Positions 1-10,245 are shown, counted from the first letter of the stretch. The stretch is DNA of 30,356 bases from an uncultured Chroococcidiopsis sp. (GCA_964248365.1 CAXTYC010000050.1:1-30356); one strand, 5' to 3'. Translations and numbers: made by a program. The notes: a model not told the origin generated them from the sequence alone.

Positions 1-251
1 CGCTTGAGTTTGGTCTACTGATTTGAGTCTTAAACCACTCATCTAGAACACTACCTGGCTCTGATTGCGAGAGCGCTTCCAGCTTCAGCCTCTGGATTTC
101 CGAGTCCAGTTACTGTGGACAGATAGGGAGTTACTGTGCCCCCTACCCCGAGGGTTTGCACCTCCATCCGTGAATCAGTTATGAGATTTTCAAGGTTCTA
201 TCCTTGACGTTCTCATCTAGAATGATGTATTCGTCCTAGAACGAGTCGCAC
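1..251 (-). mobile_element. Group II intron, 5' end (domain I, partial; continues beyond the left edge)
   Basis: Minus strand begins GTGCGACTCGTT at 251, matching the GUGYG 5' consensus typical of IIB introns. It is followed by hairpin-rich non-coding sequence and the flanking gene stops here. Confidence 0.75.
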
Positions 252-263
252 TAAAACATCCTC
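252..263 (-). mobile_element. Outer tip of an IS5-family (IS1031-like) terminal inverted repeat, cut by the intron
   Basis: Minus strand reads GAGGATGTTTTA next to a TTA/TAA target at 264-266. It resembles TTA-GAGGCTGTTTGAAAAGT at 30323-30342. Confidence 0.5.
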
Positions 264-1226
264 TTAACTGCATGGATTCAAAGCGGTGACAAAAGTTTAA
301 TTGCCCTATTCAATCCAATTTTTCAAGCAATAGCCGCTTGGATTACAATGATATCCTTGTTACCAGTAGAAGCTTCGGCAACGCCTATAGTAATTGCCTG
401 GTGGTGGTTTGATGGCGATCTTTTTCATCTGGGCGTTACCTATCCTCAAACGTGGGATTATCACCCTGCTACAACAACCAGCTACTCGTTTGATGACTGG
501 GTTGTTGATCGGGTTAATTTTAGGAGCGATCGCTCTGTTTTTCTTCTTCACCTACGCTCTTGGTATTGACTTAACTAGGGGCGCTCGTTATAATTTTGTC
601 TACTTTCCTGCTGTCATAGTCCTAATCGAAGCAAGTCTTGCTGTTTGTTGGCGTACTCATAACCCTAACTTCACTGATAACCCTAACTTTTTTGTAAAAA
701 AACAAAGGTTTTTCCTACCATCAGACAAAGCATCTGTAACGCTTATTTGGCTGATGGGATTATTAAGCGCCATCACAGTAGTTTGCAATTTCGGTTATCA
801 GAAATACTATCGCCCCGATCTTTTGGTACAGCTAATACAAAATGTTTCCCCAGCACCGATCCTAATTGCCACGGAGCAAAAAACTCATGTGCAAATTGGC
901 GAAATGATGGGCTTAGCTAGAGAGTTTAAATTTGCTGGTAACACCCGCCCTCGCTTTTTCCTGGCACATCAAGATCAATCCAATACTTCCAAAGCACTGG
1001 GAAGTCAGAAGGTGAGGAGTCAGAAGGTGAGGAGGTGAGGAGTCAGAAGGTGAGGAGTACAGATGCCCCGCAACAAACTTTAAATCAAATAGCAACACCT
1101 CTCGATTTGTGGTTGGTGAATTTTTATGCTCCAGCCAAATTTAATAATTGTGTCGCTGCTCCTCTATCTTTGCCGCCAGTTGATGGCTATAGTTACCAAC
1201 TATTTCACTGTCACCCTCTTCAATGA
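264..1226 (+). pseudogene. Membrane glycosyltransferase (PMT/GT39-like), 3' part, disrupted
   Basis: Hydrophobic cyanobacterial-type sequence split over three frames (LTAWIQ..WITMISLLPVEAS / GGLMAIFFIWALP..RYNFVYFPAV..GYQKYYRPD / PLDLWLVNF..GYSYQLFHC). Frameshifts near 397 and 1003-1057; 5' end cut by an insertion. Confidence 0.7.
1003..1058 (+). repeat. Short tandem repeat (AGTCAGAAGGTGAGG, about 3.5 units) inside the pseudogene
   Basis: Directly visible; coincides with the frame change between ORFs 394..1038 and 1035..1226. Confidence 0.85.
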
Positions 1227-1660
1227 ACAATTAGCGGTTAGCTGGCGCGCTGTTAGTTGTTAGTTGTAGCGCTCCTTGGGTTTCTAGCTTTTTTGGATCT
1301 TTAATACGAGAGCGTGTCAATGAGTGTTGCTAATCGCTAATGGCTACTCGCTAAAAGCTCCTTGATAATTGAATTTTCCTTAGTTCAAAGATTTTTGAAC
1401 TAAATTTTGGGGATGAGTTTGATTTTTTCGCTCGTTTATGATAATCTATTTTATAATGGTAATATCGACAAAATTTTTATTAACGGTTAGATTGGCATTT
1501 TTAAGTAGATAATATTTATTGTACAGCAAAACTAGAATTTTGAATCAATTCATGGCGGCGTTTTCAGAGGCTTAGAGAAAAAGGTCAGAGAACAACCCAA
1601 TTTGAGTTATAAAATACCTTGAACCCAATTGCTAAAAGCGCGCCAGCTAAAAGCTAATAG

Positions 1661-2263
1661 CTAATTAATTGATTCTGGGATGCCAACAGGAGACAAACCA
1701 GCGATCGCGCGAAGATTTTGGCAACGAACTAGTTCGATAAAATCCAAATGGGAACGCTTTTCAATCTTTGCCACAGCCTCAATTGCAGACAAAAGATGTG
1801 AGGCTGCTTGTTTTTGGTTGTAGCCGCGCCGCTGTGCGACAGAGATAGCAGCCTCGTCAGCATTTAACTCGAACTGAGAACTGCGGTAAGTGCGCCAGAT
1901 GCGAGAGAGTGCGATCGCACTCAATCCACCTGCTACTATAGTACCCACCACGTCAGCTTGAATCATTTCGACTGTCCCGCCTAAAATTCCAGCTAGGACG
2001 ACACCTTGGTAGATATCTGGTTTAAACCACTTCACAGATATCAGCCAGCTAACCGTTCGCAACAGCAGTAAGTCGCGCTGCGGTTGAGACAGGCGACTCC
2101 ACAATTCAAAATTAATCAAAATTCTTCTTTGGGGCTGCCAAGGCAAGGGAAAAGTAGAATCAATCACTTTATTGTGATCGGGCTTACTGACAATTTTAGT
2201 CATCATCCGACCAGAAGCGGGCATGAGATCTAAGAGGCGACGAATTTCAGTGGTAGGCTCCAT
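1661..2263 (-). CDS. DUF3318 family protein
   Basis: MEPTTEIRRLLDLMPASGRMMTKIVSKP...RCQNLRAIAGLS is a conserved cyanobacterial protein; ATG at 2263 preferred. Confidence 0.85.
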   Translation of the reverse strand: MEPTTEIRRLLDLMPASGRMMTKIVSKPDHNKVIDSTFPLPWQPQRRILINFELWSRLSQPQRDLLLLRTVSWLISVKWFKPDIYQGVVLAGILGGTVEMIQADVVGTIVAGGLSAIALSRIWRTYRSSQFELNADEAAISVAQRRGYNQKQAASHLLSAIEAVAKIEKRSHLDFIELVRCQNLRAIAGLSPVGIPESIN

Positions 2264-2456
2264 CGATTCTAAATTTCGATTTTGGGATTGGGGGTAAAAC
2301 TTAAGGTCTAAAAACGACACGACACTATTAAATTACTAGAATAAGTAAAGAAAGTCATAATTTATTTAGGATCGGAGACAACAGAGCAATTTTAGCTTTT
2401 TGATGCTGTCTACTGTCCAAGTAATCATAGGCAGATTAAAAGAGGAATTTTCCTGC

Positions 2457-2714
2457 ATGGACGCTTTTGCTCCCACACCTCCACAATGGACTAAACAGGC
2501 AATTCACGCCCATGAGTTTTTTTGTCCCCGTTGCCATTCTACTAGTCGGGAAGCCCAACAAGTTTGGCTAAATCGGCGATCGCCTGTGTTGATGGAAAAC
2601 CACCGTCGCAAATGGCAGGAGTTTTACGAGTGTAACTGTGGTTGTGTATGGTGGGCATGGAGTAGCGATCGCCCTCCATCTGATATAGTCGAGCGCGATC
2701 GTAATCTCAGTTAG
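2457..2714 (+). CDS. Conserved hypothetical small Cys-rich (zinc-ribbon-like) protein
   Basis: MDAFAPTPPQW...CPRC...CNCGCVWWAWSSDRPP; ATG at 2457 downstream of AGAGGA. Confidence 0.8.
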   Translation: MDAFAPTPPQWTKQAIHAHEFFCPRCHSTSREAQQVWLNRRSPVLMENHRRKWQEFYECNCGCVWWAWSSDRPPSDIVERDRNLS

Positions 2715-2721
2715 GGATCTT

Positions 2722-2887
2722 GAGTGGCTAGTGACTGGTGACTAGTGACTAGAGAAGAGAGCAGAGGAGGCAAAGGGAGGCAAAGGGAGGCAAAGGGAGG
2801 AAAAAACTCCCCCTGCTCCTCCTGCTCCCCACAGCGATTGCCTGCTTTCTTCTAGCCACTGGTTCCACTGGTTCCACTAGTCACTAG
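2722..2887. repeat. Intergenic STRR-like short tandem repeats
   Basis: (AGTGACT)n, (GGCAAAGGGAG)x3 and (CCACTGGTT)n between convergent genes. Confidence 0.7.
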
Positions 2888-3990
2888 GAAGAGATTTTCT
2901 TTGCCTGTGCTTGCACCTTATTCACTACTTCTTTAGGCAGGGGTACGTATCCCAATTCTGAACTGAATTTTTGTCCATCTGTCAATGCCCAGTTAATCAC
3001 GTTTTCGAGGGCTTGGGCTTTGTTTTGGTCTTGATATTTGTTATAAGCCATGATCCAAGTGTAAGTGACAATGGGGTAAGACTCCTTGCCCTCTGGATCA
3101 GTAATAAAAGCAACTAAATTACTGGGCAATTCTACTGATTCTAGAGTTTTAGCCGCTGACTGTGGGGTTGGCGCAACATAGTTACCAGATTTATTTTCCA
3201 AAGTAGCTATGTTTAGTTGATTCTGTGCTGCGTATCCATACTCTAAGTAGCCTATAGCTCCTTGAGTTTGTTGGATTTGAGCAGTAATACCTTCATTGCC
3301 CTTTGCTCCAACTCCCGTAACCCAATCTACAGTTTTACCCGAACCTACTTTGCTTTTCCATTGTGGGCTGATGGCGCTCAGATGTTGCGTGAAGACACTT
3401 GTAGTACCACTTCCATCCGAGCGGTGTACAACTGTGATGGGTGAATTAGGCAGATTTACACCAGGATTGGCTTTAACAATTCTGGCATCATTCCAAGTTT
3501 TGATATTACCCAGAAAGATATCGCTGTAGACTGCGCGTGGTAGCTTCAAGCCAGATTGCACATTGGGTATATTGTAAGCTATGACAACGCTACCTGCTGT
3601 CATGGGAAGCAAAACTACTCCCTGTTTCACCTTGGCAATTTCTTCCGGCTTCATGGCTGTGTCGCTGGCTCCGAAGTCCACTGTTCCCTTAGTGAACTGT
3701 TCTACTCCAGCACCGCTACCAACTGATTGATAACTAACTCGAACATTAGGATTTTGCTTATTGTACTCTGAAAACCAGCGCTGATACAAAGGAGCAGGAA
3801 AACTAGCCCCAGCACCAGTCAAAGAGACATTACCACCGCCTCCAGCAGCTACAGGGGAAGCAGCTGTTCCTCCTGTTGCTGGGGGAGCTTGAGTAGTAGT
3901 AGATTGGGGTTGGCAAGCAGCAATACTAAAGGAAATAGCGGCTAAGGGGATAAGAAAAGAGCGTCGCGGTAGGCGAATTTGAGCAAACAT
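2884..3990 (-). CDS. pstS: Phosphate ABC transporter substrate-binding lipoprotein PstS
   Basis: GAGASFPAPLY, YQSVGSGAG, VDFGASD, HRSDGSGTT and YPIVTYTW motifs; lipobox IAAC. Confidence 0.95.
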   Translation of the reverse strand: MFAQIRLPRRSFLIPLAAISFSIAACQPQSTTTQAPPATGGTAASPVAAGGGGNVSLTGAGASFPAPLYQRWFSEYNKQNPNVRVSYQSVGSGAGVEQFTKGTVDFGASDTAMKPEEIAKVKQGVVLLPMTAGSVVIAYNIPNVQSGLKLPRAVYSDIFLGNIKTWNDARIVKANPGVNLPNSPITVVHRSDGSGTTSVFTQHLSAISPQWKSKVGSGKTVDWVTGVGAKGNEGITAQIQQTQGAIGYLEYGYAAQNQLNIATLENKSGNYVAPTPQSAAKTLESVELPSNLVAFITDPEGKESYPIVTYTWIMAYNKYQDQNKAQALENVINWALTDGQKFSSELGYVPLPKEVVNKVQAQAKKISS

Positions 3991-4044
3991 AGGAATTTTA
4001 AGTTCCAAATAGTCATGAATTGCCTAATTTATCGTAGAAACAGC

Positions 4045-4085
4045 AGTTTAAGAAGAAATAAATATTTAATTATTAAAAGGTTAAG
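4045..4085 (-). promoter_or_regulatory. Putative Pho box (SphR/PhoB sites) upstream of pstS
   Basis: Minus-strand CTTAACCT (4078-4085) and CTTAAACT (4045-4052) lie 33 bp apart, in 11-bp phase. They fit the cyanobacterial PyTTAAPyPy(T/A) repeat, the second with one mismatch. Confidence 0.5.
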
Positions 4086-4285
4086 TAATTAATTTTACAG
4101 AAATTTTATTGGTCATGGTAGGTCGTAGAGACGAGCGCAGTGCTACGTCTTTCCTAGTGATTGGTAATTGGTAATTGGTGAAGAGTGAAGAGTGATTGGT
4201 GTTGAACATAGACGCTTAGGAACCTGCTTTGGCGCTTGACAAATGACAAACGAAAAAAATGCAACGCGGGGCGCATTAAGTTCAT

Positions 4286-4954
4286 TCAGTTTTTTAAAGT
4301 TCCCAATTTCTTAGTCAAAGTAGAACCAGTATGCCCTGAAACAACCCACAATACAGCTCTAGCTCCATCTCGAATTGATTTTTCGATTGATTCAGGCGAC
4401 GATCGCTCAGATGGTACGGAAACAGGCGTAAAATCAATTCCTCGGCTACCCAAAACAATCTGTCCAATCACAGAGGCGCGGCGCATATGGTAGTCAGACG
4501 TAATCAAATACAGCTTTTTGATCCCACAAGCTTGAAATTTATCAACTAATGTGGTAAAATTGGTAACAGTATCCACTGCTCGATAGTCTAAGTGTAGACG
4601 GCTGCTATCAACCCCAGCTTTGGTAAATATTTTTAATGCATAACCTTTTGGGCTACCTCCAGTAATCCAGATCTGTAAATCTGGGTGCTGACGCGCAAAA
4701 TCTGCCGCAAACTTCTCCCGCTGCTCTGCTCCGCCTAATACGAGAATTGCCTGCGGTTGTTCTAACTGGCTCTTAATTTCCATGTATCCCCACCAAAGCA
4801 AAACCGTTAGAAACAGCATTATACAAGGCAAAGGCAGGGCTTTACGTCGCTTCTTTGATGATCGATAACGTCGCTTGCTCAGAAGGTAAAAATCGTTTGG
4901 CGCAACAACACGATTATCTAGATTAGCAGGCAAAAGTAAAAAGCGCGATCGCAT
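4286..4954 (-). CDS. YdcF/DUF218 family protein
   Basis: AILVLGG, AVDTVTNF and LITSDYHMRRA motifs with an N-terminal TM helix; start codon uncertain. Confidence 0.85.
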   Translation of the reverse strand: MRSRFLLLPANLDNRVVAPNDFYLLSKRRYRSSKKRRKALPLPCIMLFLTVLLWWGYMEIKSQLEQPQAILVLGGAEQREKFAADFARQHPDLQIWITGGSPKGYALKIFTKAGVDSSRLHLDYRAVDTVTNFTTLVDKFQACGIKKLYLITSDYHMRRASVIGQIVLGSRGIDFTPVSVPSERSSPESIEKSIRDGARAVLWVVSGHTGSTLTKKLGTLKN

Positions 4955-5057
4955 CCTCGGATATAGATCACAGTTAATTCGTAATTCTTAATCCCTCTTT
5001 CCCCTCTCCCCCTGCTCCTCCAATGGATAATCTTAGCGCGCAGGGTGGTAATTTATT

Positions 5058-5091
5058 AACGGGACTGGCGCGACCTAGCGCTTAGGAGGCG
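5058..5091 (-). mobile_element. att-like duplicated fragment of tRNA-Arg(CCU), intron-less, T-loop deleted
   Basis: AACGGGACTGGCGCGACCTAGCGCTT-AGGAGGCG equals 7116-7154 (with an internal deletion between GCGCGA repeats) joined directly to 7410-7417. Confidence 0.85.
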
Positions 5092-5136
5092 TTAATCGCA
5101 TACCTATTTACAAAACTTTTGGCTTTTAGAAACATA

Positions 5137-5160
5137 AATTACCCCAAAATTACCCCAAAA
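5137..5160. repeat. 11-bp direct repeat (ATTACCCCAAA x2), possible integrase arm-type site
   Basis: Tandem repeat about 45 bp inside the att fragment. Confidence 0.45.
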
Positions 5161-5467
5161 CGTTAATTTCCGAGATTAGTTGCTTAGTTGGTAGGGCGGT
5201 AACTAAAACCTTTTACTTAGGTATTGAGCAAAGTTATAAGAATGGCAAAAGTCATTCCATTTTCAGCAAAGAATCCTAAGCCAGCTTAACTTGATAATGC
5301 TGCCGAATCGCTCTAAGAGTTCTGGTACAGTTGCCAGAAATGGTGAAGGGCTTGATTTACCTTTCTCTAAATGAGTGAAACGGTATTACCACTGCTGCCA
5401 ATTCGCTGGGATTGGAGCAGAAGTGAAACCCACAGTAGTATTAGATACGAAGCAGCATAAAATATAA

Positions 5468-5494
5468 AGCCCCAACTCTTACCAGTTGGGGCTA
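5468..5494. terminator. Intrinsic terminator-like hairpin
   Basis: AGCCCCAACT-cttacc-AGTTGGGGCT downstream of the 5524..6060 gene. Confidence 0.7.
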
Positions 5495-5523
5495 TTTAAT
5501 CTCTTAAAGAGGCATTAGCTCAA

Positions 5524-6060
5524 TTATTCAAGCATTGCCTTTCTTTTGGTATATTCTTCCTGGTTAATTAAACCTCTCTCTAAAGCAGTTTTCAAGCTAT
5601 AAAGCTTCTCAAAATTACTGATACGCTTGTTCAACTTAGCTTGAGTGACTTCAAATTCTTCCTCATCAATAACGCCTAAGTCTTTAAGTTCTTTAAGTTT
5701 TTGAACTCCAGTTTGAACTTGCTTTTTAATATCGAGCAATTCTTGTGCTTTCAATTGGTCAGCCTGCTTAGCCTTAATTTCTTTAATTGCTGCTAGAATT
5801 TGTTCTCGTTCATAATCGAGGTCTTTGATAGGATGAAATAAAAGCATGAGAGATTCCCGATTGACGGGTTCAACTCTACGCATGTCAGCAACTGCTTGAC
5901 CTAGTAAACTATAATTCTTTTCGAGCTTAAGATTGATTTCTTTTAACTTGATTTCTAAATTTGAAATCTCTTCATTTCTTTTAGATTCAGCTGAGCTTTG
6001 TGTTGATTCGCTCAATCGTTCGTTAATTACGCGCCCTAAATTACTGATAAAGCTAGCCAT
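5524..6060 (-). CDS. Hypothetical coiled-coil protein with two C-terminal SHOCT-like motifs
   Basis: LKELKDLGVIDEEEF and LERGLINQEEYTKRKAML; GGAG RBS; AT-rich. Confidence 0.75.
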   Translation of the reverse strand: MASFISNLGRVINERLSESTQSSAESKRNEEISNLEIKLKEINLKLEKNYSLLGQAVADMRRVEPVNRESLMLLFHPIKDLDYEREQILAAIKEIKAKQADQLKAQELLDIKKQVQTGVQKLKELKDLGVIDEEEFEVTQAKLNKRISNFEKLYSLKTALERGLINQEEYTKRKAMLE

Positions 6061-6107
6061 GATTCTTCACTCCTGTTTTCTTGTTTGAATCGAATGTAAA
6101 ATTAAGT

Positions 6108-6310
6108 TTATAGAGATTTTAGAATTTTTTGCTTTTCTAGCTTGAATTCTTCTTCAGAAATCTCATTCGCTACAAATTTTTCCTTCAGCTGCTTTAATAG
6201 CTGTACCGCTTCTTGATTTGTTTCAGCACCAGAATAGCGAGTGATAGGATGTTGATTCAGGATAAGCTCGTGCAGGGAGTTGAGATTGAAAAAGTTTTTT
6301 ACTGCTGATA
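6108..6310 (-). pseudogene. 3' remnant of a SHOCT-domain gene
   Basis: Start-less frame ...EAVQLLKQLKEKFVANEISEEEFKLEKQKILKSL*. Confidence 0.55.
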
Positions 6311-6584
6311 GCTAAACTGGAATGATCGCAGCTTCATCTAATTATCAACTGGCGTTACGCATTAACTCAAAAAAGTGCGTGAATATCTGTAATTACCCTT
6401 AATTGACCAAAATTACCTATAAAAACCTTATTAAACGTCTGTAATTATACGCCTAGTAAATCTAGCGATGGCATCTGGCGTATCTGTTCTGATGCTCGAA
6501 CCATAGAATATTAGAGCCTCAAATATGCGATCGCACAGGCTATTTTTGATTGCCCGTCTATTATGTGGCGGAGTGTAGCGTTGC

Positions 6585-6837
6585 ATGGGACGGGGCAAGA
6601 AGAGTACACAACCAAAGCCGAGTAAAAGTGCAGCAGAGTTGGGTTTTGATGAGAAAAGGCGATCGCTCTTGCGGATTTAGTAGATTGCATGGTAGTGTTG
6701 CCAGGGAATTTATTCTACAACACCGCGATTCCCGCTTGTCTCTGGTTTTTAGCACCCAATAAGAAACACAGCAAGTTCCGAGATCACAGCAAAGAAACGC
6801 TATTTATCGATGCGCGGAAGATGGGAGTGCTGATCGC
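6585..6837 (+). pseudogene. hsdM: Type I restriction-modification methyltransferase HsdM remnant with a large internal deletion
   Basis: N-terminus [24 protein letters not shown] is fused out of frame to [32 protein letters not shown]...[14 protein letters not shown], a characteristic HsdM C-terminal segment. Confidence 0.85.
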
Positions 6838-7098
6838 TTCCCTGACTGTGTACCTCTAGATACCAACGACCCCACCTACACCCTAGACAAAGGACAACCT
6901 GGCGACCTTTGCCCACCCTGCGCGAAGCAACAACTGAGCAATCTTGGACACTGGCAAGGACACAGTAAGCAAACCTTTCCTGAAGAACTACTGCCACTGC
7001 GCCTATTTAAATGCCGAATGTGGCTTTGGTTAGTTGTGCCAGGGCTTTATGACATACAACCGACCACGCTAGCACTTGATACCACTGGCGGGAAATGA
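6832..7098 (+). pseudogene. 3' remnant of a hypothetical gene
   Basis: Start-less open frame [10 protein letters not shown]...GDLCPPCAKQQL...PEELLPLRLFKCRMWLWLVVPGL...GGK*. Confidence 0.5.
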
Positions 7099-7117
7099 AC
7101 AGAAGTACTAGTGGGAA

Positions 7118-7446
7118 CGGGACTGGCGCGATTCGAACGCGCGACCTAGCGCTTCAGATTTGTGTGAGTTTCCCCACTCTCTGGACTATACCTTCACCTT
7201 AGACTTGAAGCCCGTAGGTGGTAGCCTACTAGTCTCTACACCTTCCGAATAACTGTTAGCTATCAGCTATTTTCGGCTTGGCTCGGTATTCCCGTGAAGT
7301 ATAGACATTACCATCACTAGAAGTTTGATAATGGTCTGCACACCTTTTAGGGTTCACCGACTTTGACTACATTCATTCATAAAGTTTCCTCTATGATGCC
7401 CGAGAGTTCAGGAGGCGCTCGCTCTATCCATCTGAGCTACAGCCCC
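7118..7446 (-). tRNA. trnR-CCU: tRNA-Arg(CCU) with group I intron; exons 7410-7446 and 7118-7154
   Basis: The spliced sequence GGGGCTGTAGCTCAGATGGATAGAGCGAGCGCCTCCT/AAGCGCTAGGTCGCGCGTTCGAATCGCGCCAGTCCCG folds as a full cloverleaf. Confidence 0.95.
7155..7409 (-). ncRNA. Group I self-splicing intron (255 nt, no ORF)
   Basis: Exon ends in U and intron ends in G; P1 is CCUGA/UCGGG with a U-G pair at the splice site; core elements GUAGAGACUA and AAGGUAUAGUCC. Confidence 0.93.
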
Positions 7447-7535
7447 AATCATAAAGAGATCATAGCAGTTTAAGCTACCTAAACATAGATCATAGTATTT
7501 TGAACCCGTTAAAAGTTTTCAACCCCCAGGTTTCC

Positions 7536-8645
<1,110 letters not shown>

Positions 8646-8700
8646 TCAATTTTGCTAATCCTTTTCCAGTATGAGCGATCGCTGTCTAAGGAGGAGATCT

Positions 8701-8807
8701 AAAAAAAAAGGGCAGACCGTCAAAATAGATAACCGTTCGACTGAGCGCGCTCTTGCGAAGCCCTTGTCGCACAGCAGATCCGCCTTTTGCACGTCTGCCA
8801 TTTTTTT
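8701..8807. repeat. Structured dispersed element, copy 1
   Basis: Similar to 21113-21215; terminal inverted repeats with A/T tails. Confidence 0.7.
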
Positions 8808-8850
8808 ATGTCCTTGTACTTACCTCAACGCTAGATCATCAGCAAGCCAA

Positions 8851-10245
8851 ATGAACAACATTGAACGCTACTTTGAAATCCTTGGGCTAAAACCCGATGC
8901 ATCGCTGGGTGAAATTAAGCAGGCTTACAGAGACTTAGCTTTAGTGTGGCATCCAGATCGTTTCCCTGATGCTCCTCATCTCAAGCAAAAGGCAGAGGAG
9001 CAAATCAAAAAAATTAATGAAGCTTACCAACATTTAAAGACTTATCAACCTAGTTCTGTCAATCATGCTCCAGGGACTTGGACAGCAACAGGAACTAACC
9101 CCACCTATCGGTTTGATGCCGAAACCTACTACAACCAGGGCATGGAGAATGCTAGAAGAGGTAAATACAAGGAAGCGATCGAAGACTTTACCCAGGCACT
9201 TCGTCTCAACCCTAACCACATCAAAGCATACAAGTACCGAGGGCTTGCCTGCTCCAAACTTGGATATCAGCATAGAGCCGCCGCAGATACTAATAAAGCC
9301 GCACAACTAGAGCGCAAACAAAAAAAGACACAAACATCTACATCTGCATCGCCACAATCAAATCCCTGGAAATTTGTTCGTACTCTCACAGGTCATGATA
9401 ACTGGGTTTTTTCTATTGCTATTAGTCCTGATGGACAAACTCTGGTCAGTGGCAGTGCAGACAGAACGATCAAGATTTGGCATCTGCCTACAGGAATATT
9501 ATTAAAAACCCTAGTCGGACATTCAGAATGGGTGCGGTCTGTTGCCATCAGTCCTGATGGAAAGATGATTGTAAGTGGCAGCGACGACTATCATATTAAG
9601 ATTTGGGAGCTAGCGACAGGGAAATTACTTCATACTCTAATTGGACACTCAGCCTCAGTGTGGTCAATTGCCATTAGCCCCGATGGTGGCAAGATTGTTA
9701 GCAGCGGTCAAGACAAGAATATCAAGATCTGGAACTTAAAAACTGGGGAAAGATTGCCCACTCGCATCGGGCATTCTGAAGGAGTTTATTCGGTAGCGAT
9801 TAGCCCTGATGGGCAAATTCTAGCTAGTGGTAGCTGTGACAAGACGATCAAGATTTGGCATCTTGGCATGGATCAGCTGCTACACGTCCTGAAAGGGCAT
9901 TCAAGTTGGGTTAATTCTGTCGCCTTTAGTCCAGATGGGCAGCACATCGCCAGTGCTAGTTATGACAAAACAATTAAGCTATGGCGGCTAGGTACTGGTA
10001 AGCCGTCAAATACTCTCACATGGAATCACAGTCATGTTGGTTTTGTTGTCTTTGGTGCTGATGGTCAAACTTTGGCTAGCAGAGGAGACAATATGATTAA
10101 GCTGTGGCAGCCCAGTAGTGGAAAACTGTTATCTTCTCTCAACGGTCATGCTGACTGGGTTAATTCTGTCGCCTTTAGTCATCAAGGTAATACCCTGGCT
10201 AGTTGTAGTCGAGATATGACTATTAGAGTTTGGCAGTGTGATTAA
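8851..10245 (+). CDS. DnaJ-domain / TPR / WD40 protein (paralog 1)
   Basis: J-domain with WHPD, TPR pair and about 7 WD40 repeats; ATG at 8851 aligns with the paralog start. Confidence 0.9.
   Translation: MNNIERYFEILGLKPDASLGEIKQAYRDLALVWHPDRFPDAPHLKQKAEEQIKKINEAYQHLKTYQPSSVNHAPGTWTATGTNPTYRFDAETYYNQGMENARRGKYKEAIEDFTQALRLNPNHIKAYKYRGLACSKLGYQHRAAADTNKAAQLERKQKKTQTSTSASPQSNPWKFVRTLTGHDNWVFSIAISPDGQTLVSGSADRTIKIWHLPTGILLKTLVGHSEWVRSVAISPDGKMIVSGSDDYHIKIWELATGKLLHTLIGHSASVWSIAISPDGGKIVSSGQDKNIKIWNLKTGERLPTRIGHSEGVYSVAISPDGQILASGSCDKTIKIWHLGMDQLLHVLKGHSSWVNSVAFSPDGQHIASASYDKTIKLWRLGTGKPSNTLTWNHSHVGFVVFGADGQTLASRGDNMIKLWQPSSGKLLSSLNGHADWVNSVAFSHQGNTLASCSRDMTIRVWQCD

Noticed and set aside
8671..8850. 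N-terminal extension of the first DnaJ-WD40 ORF
   Set aside because: It reads through the structured element; the paralog alignment starts at 8851.
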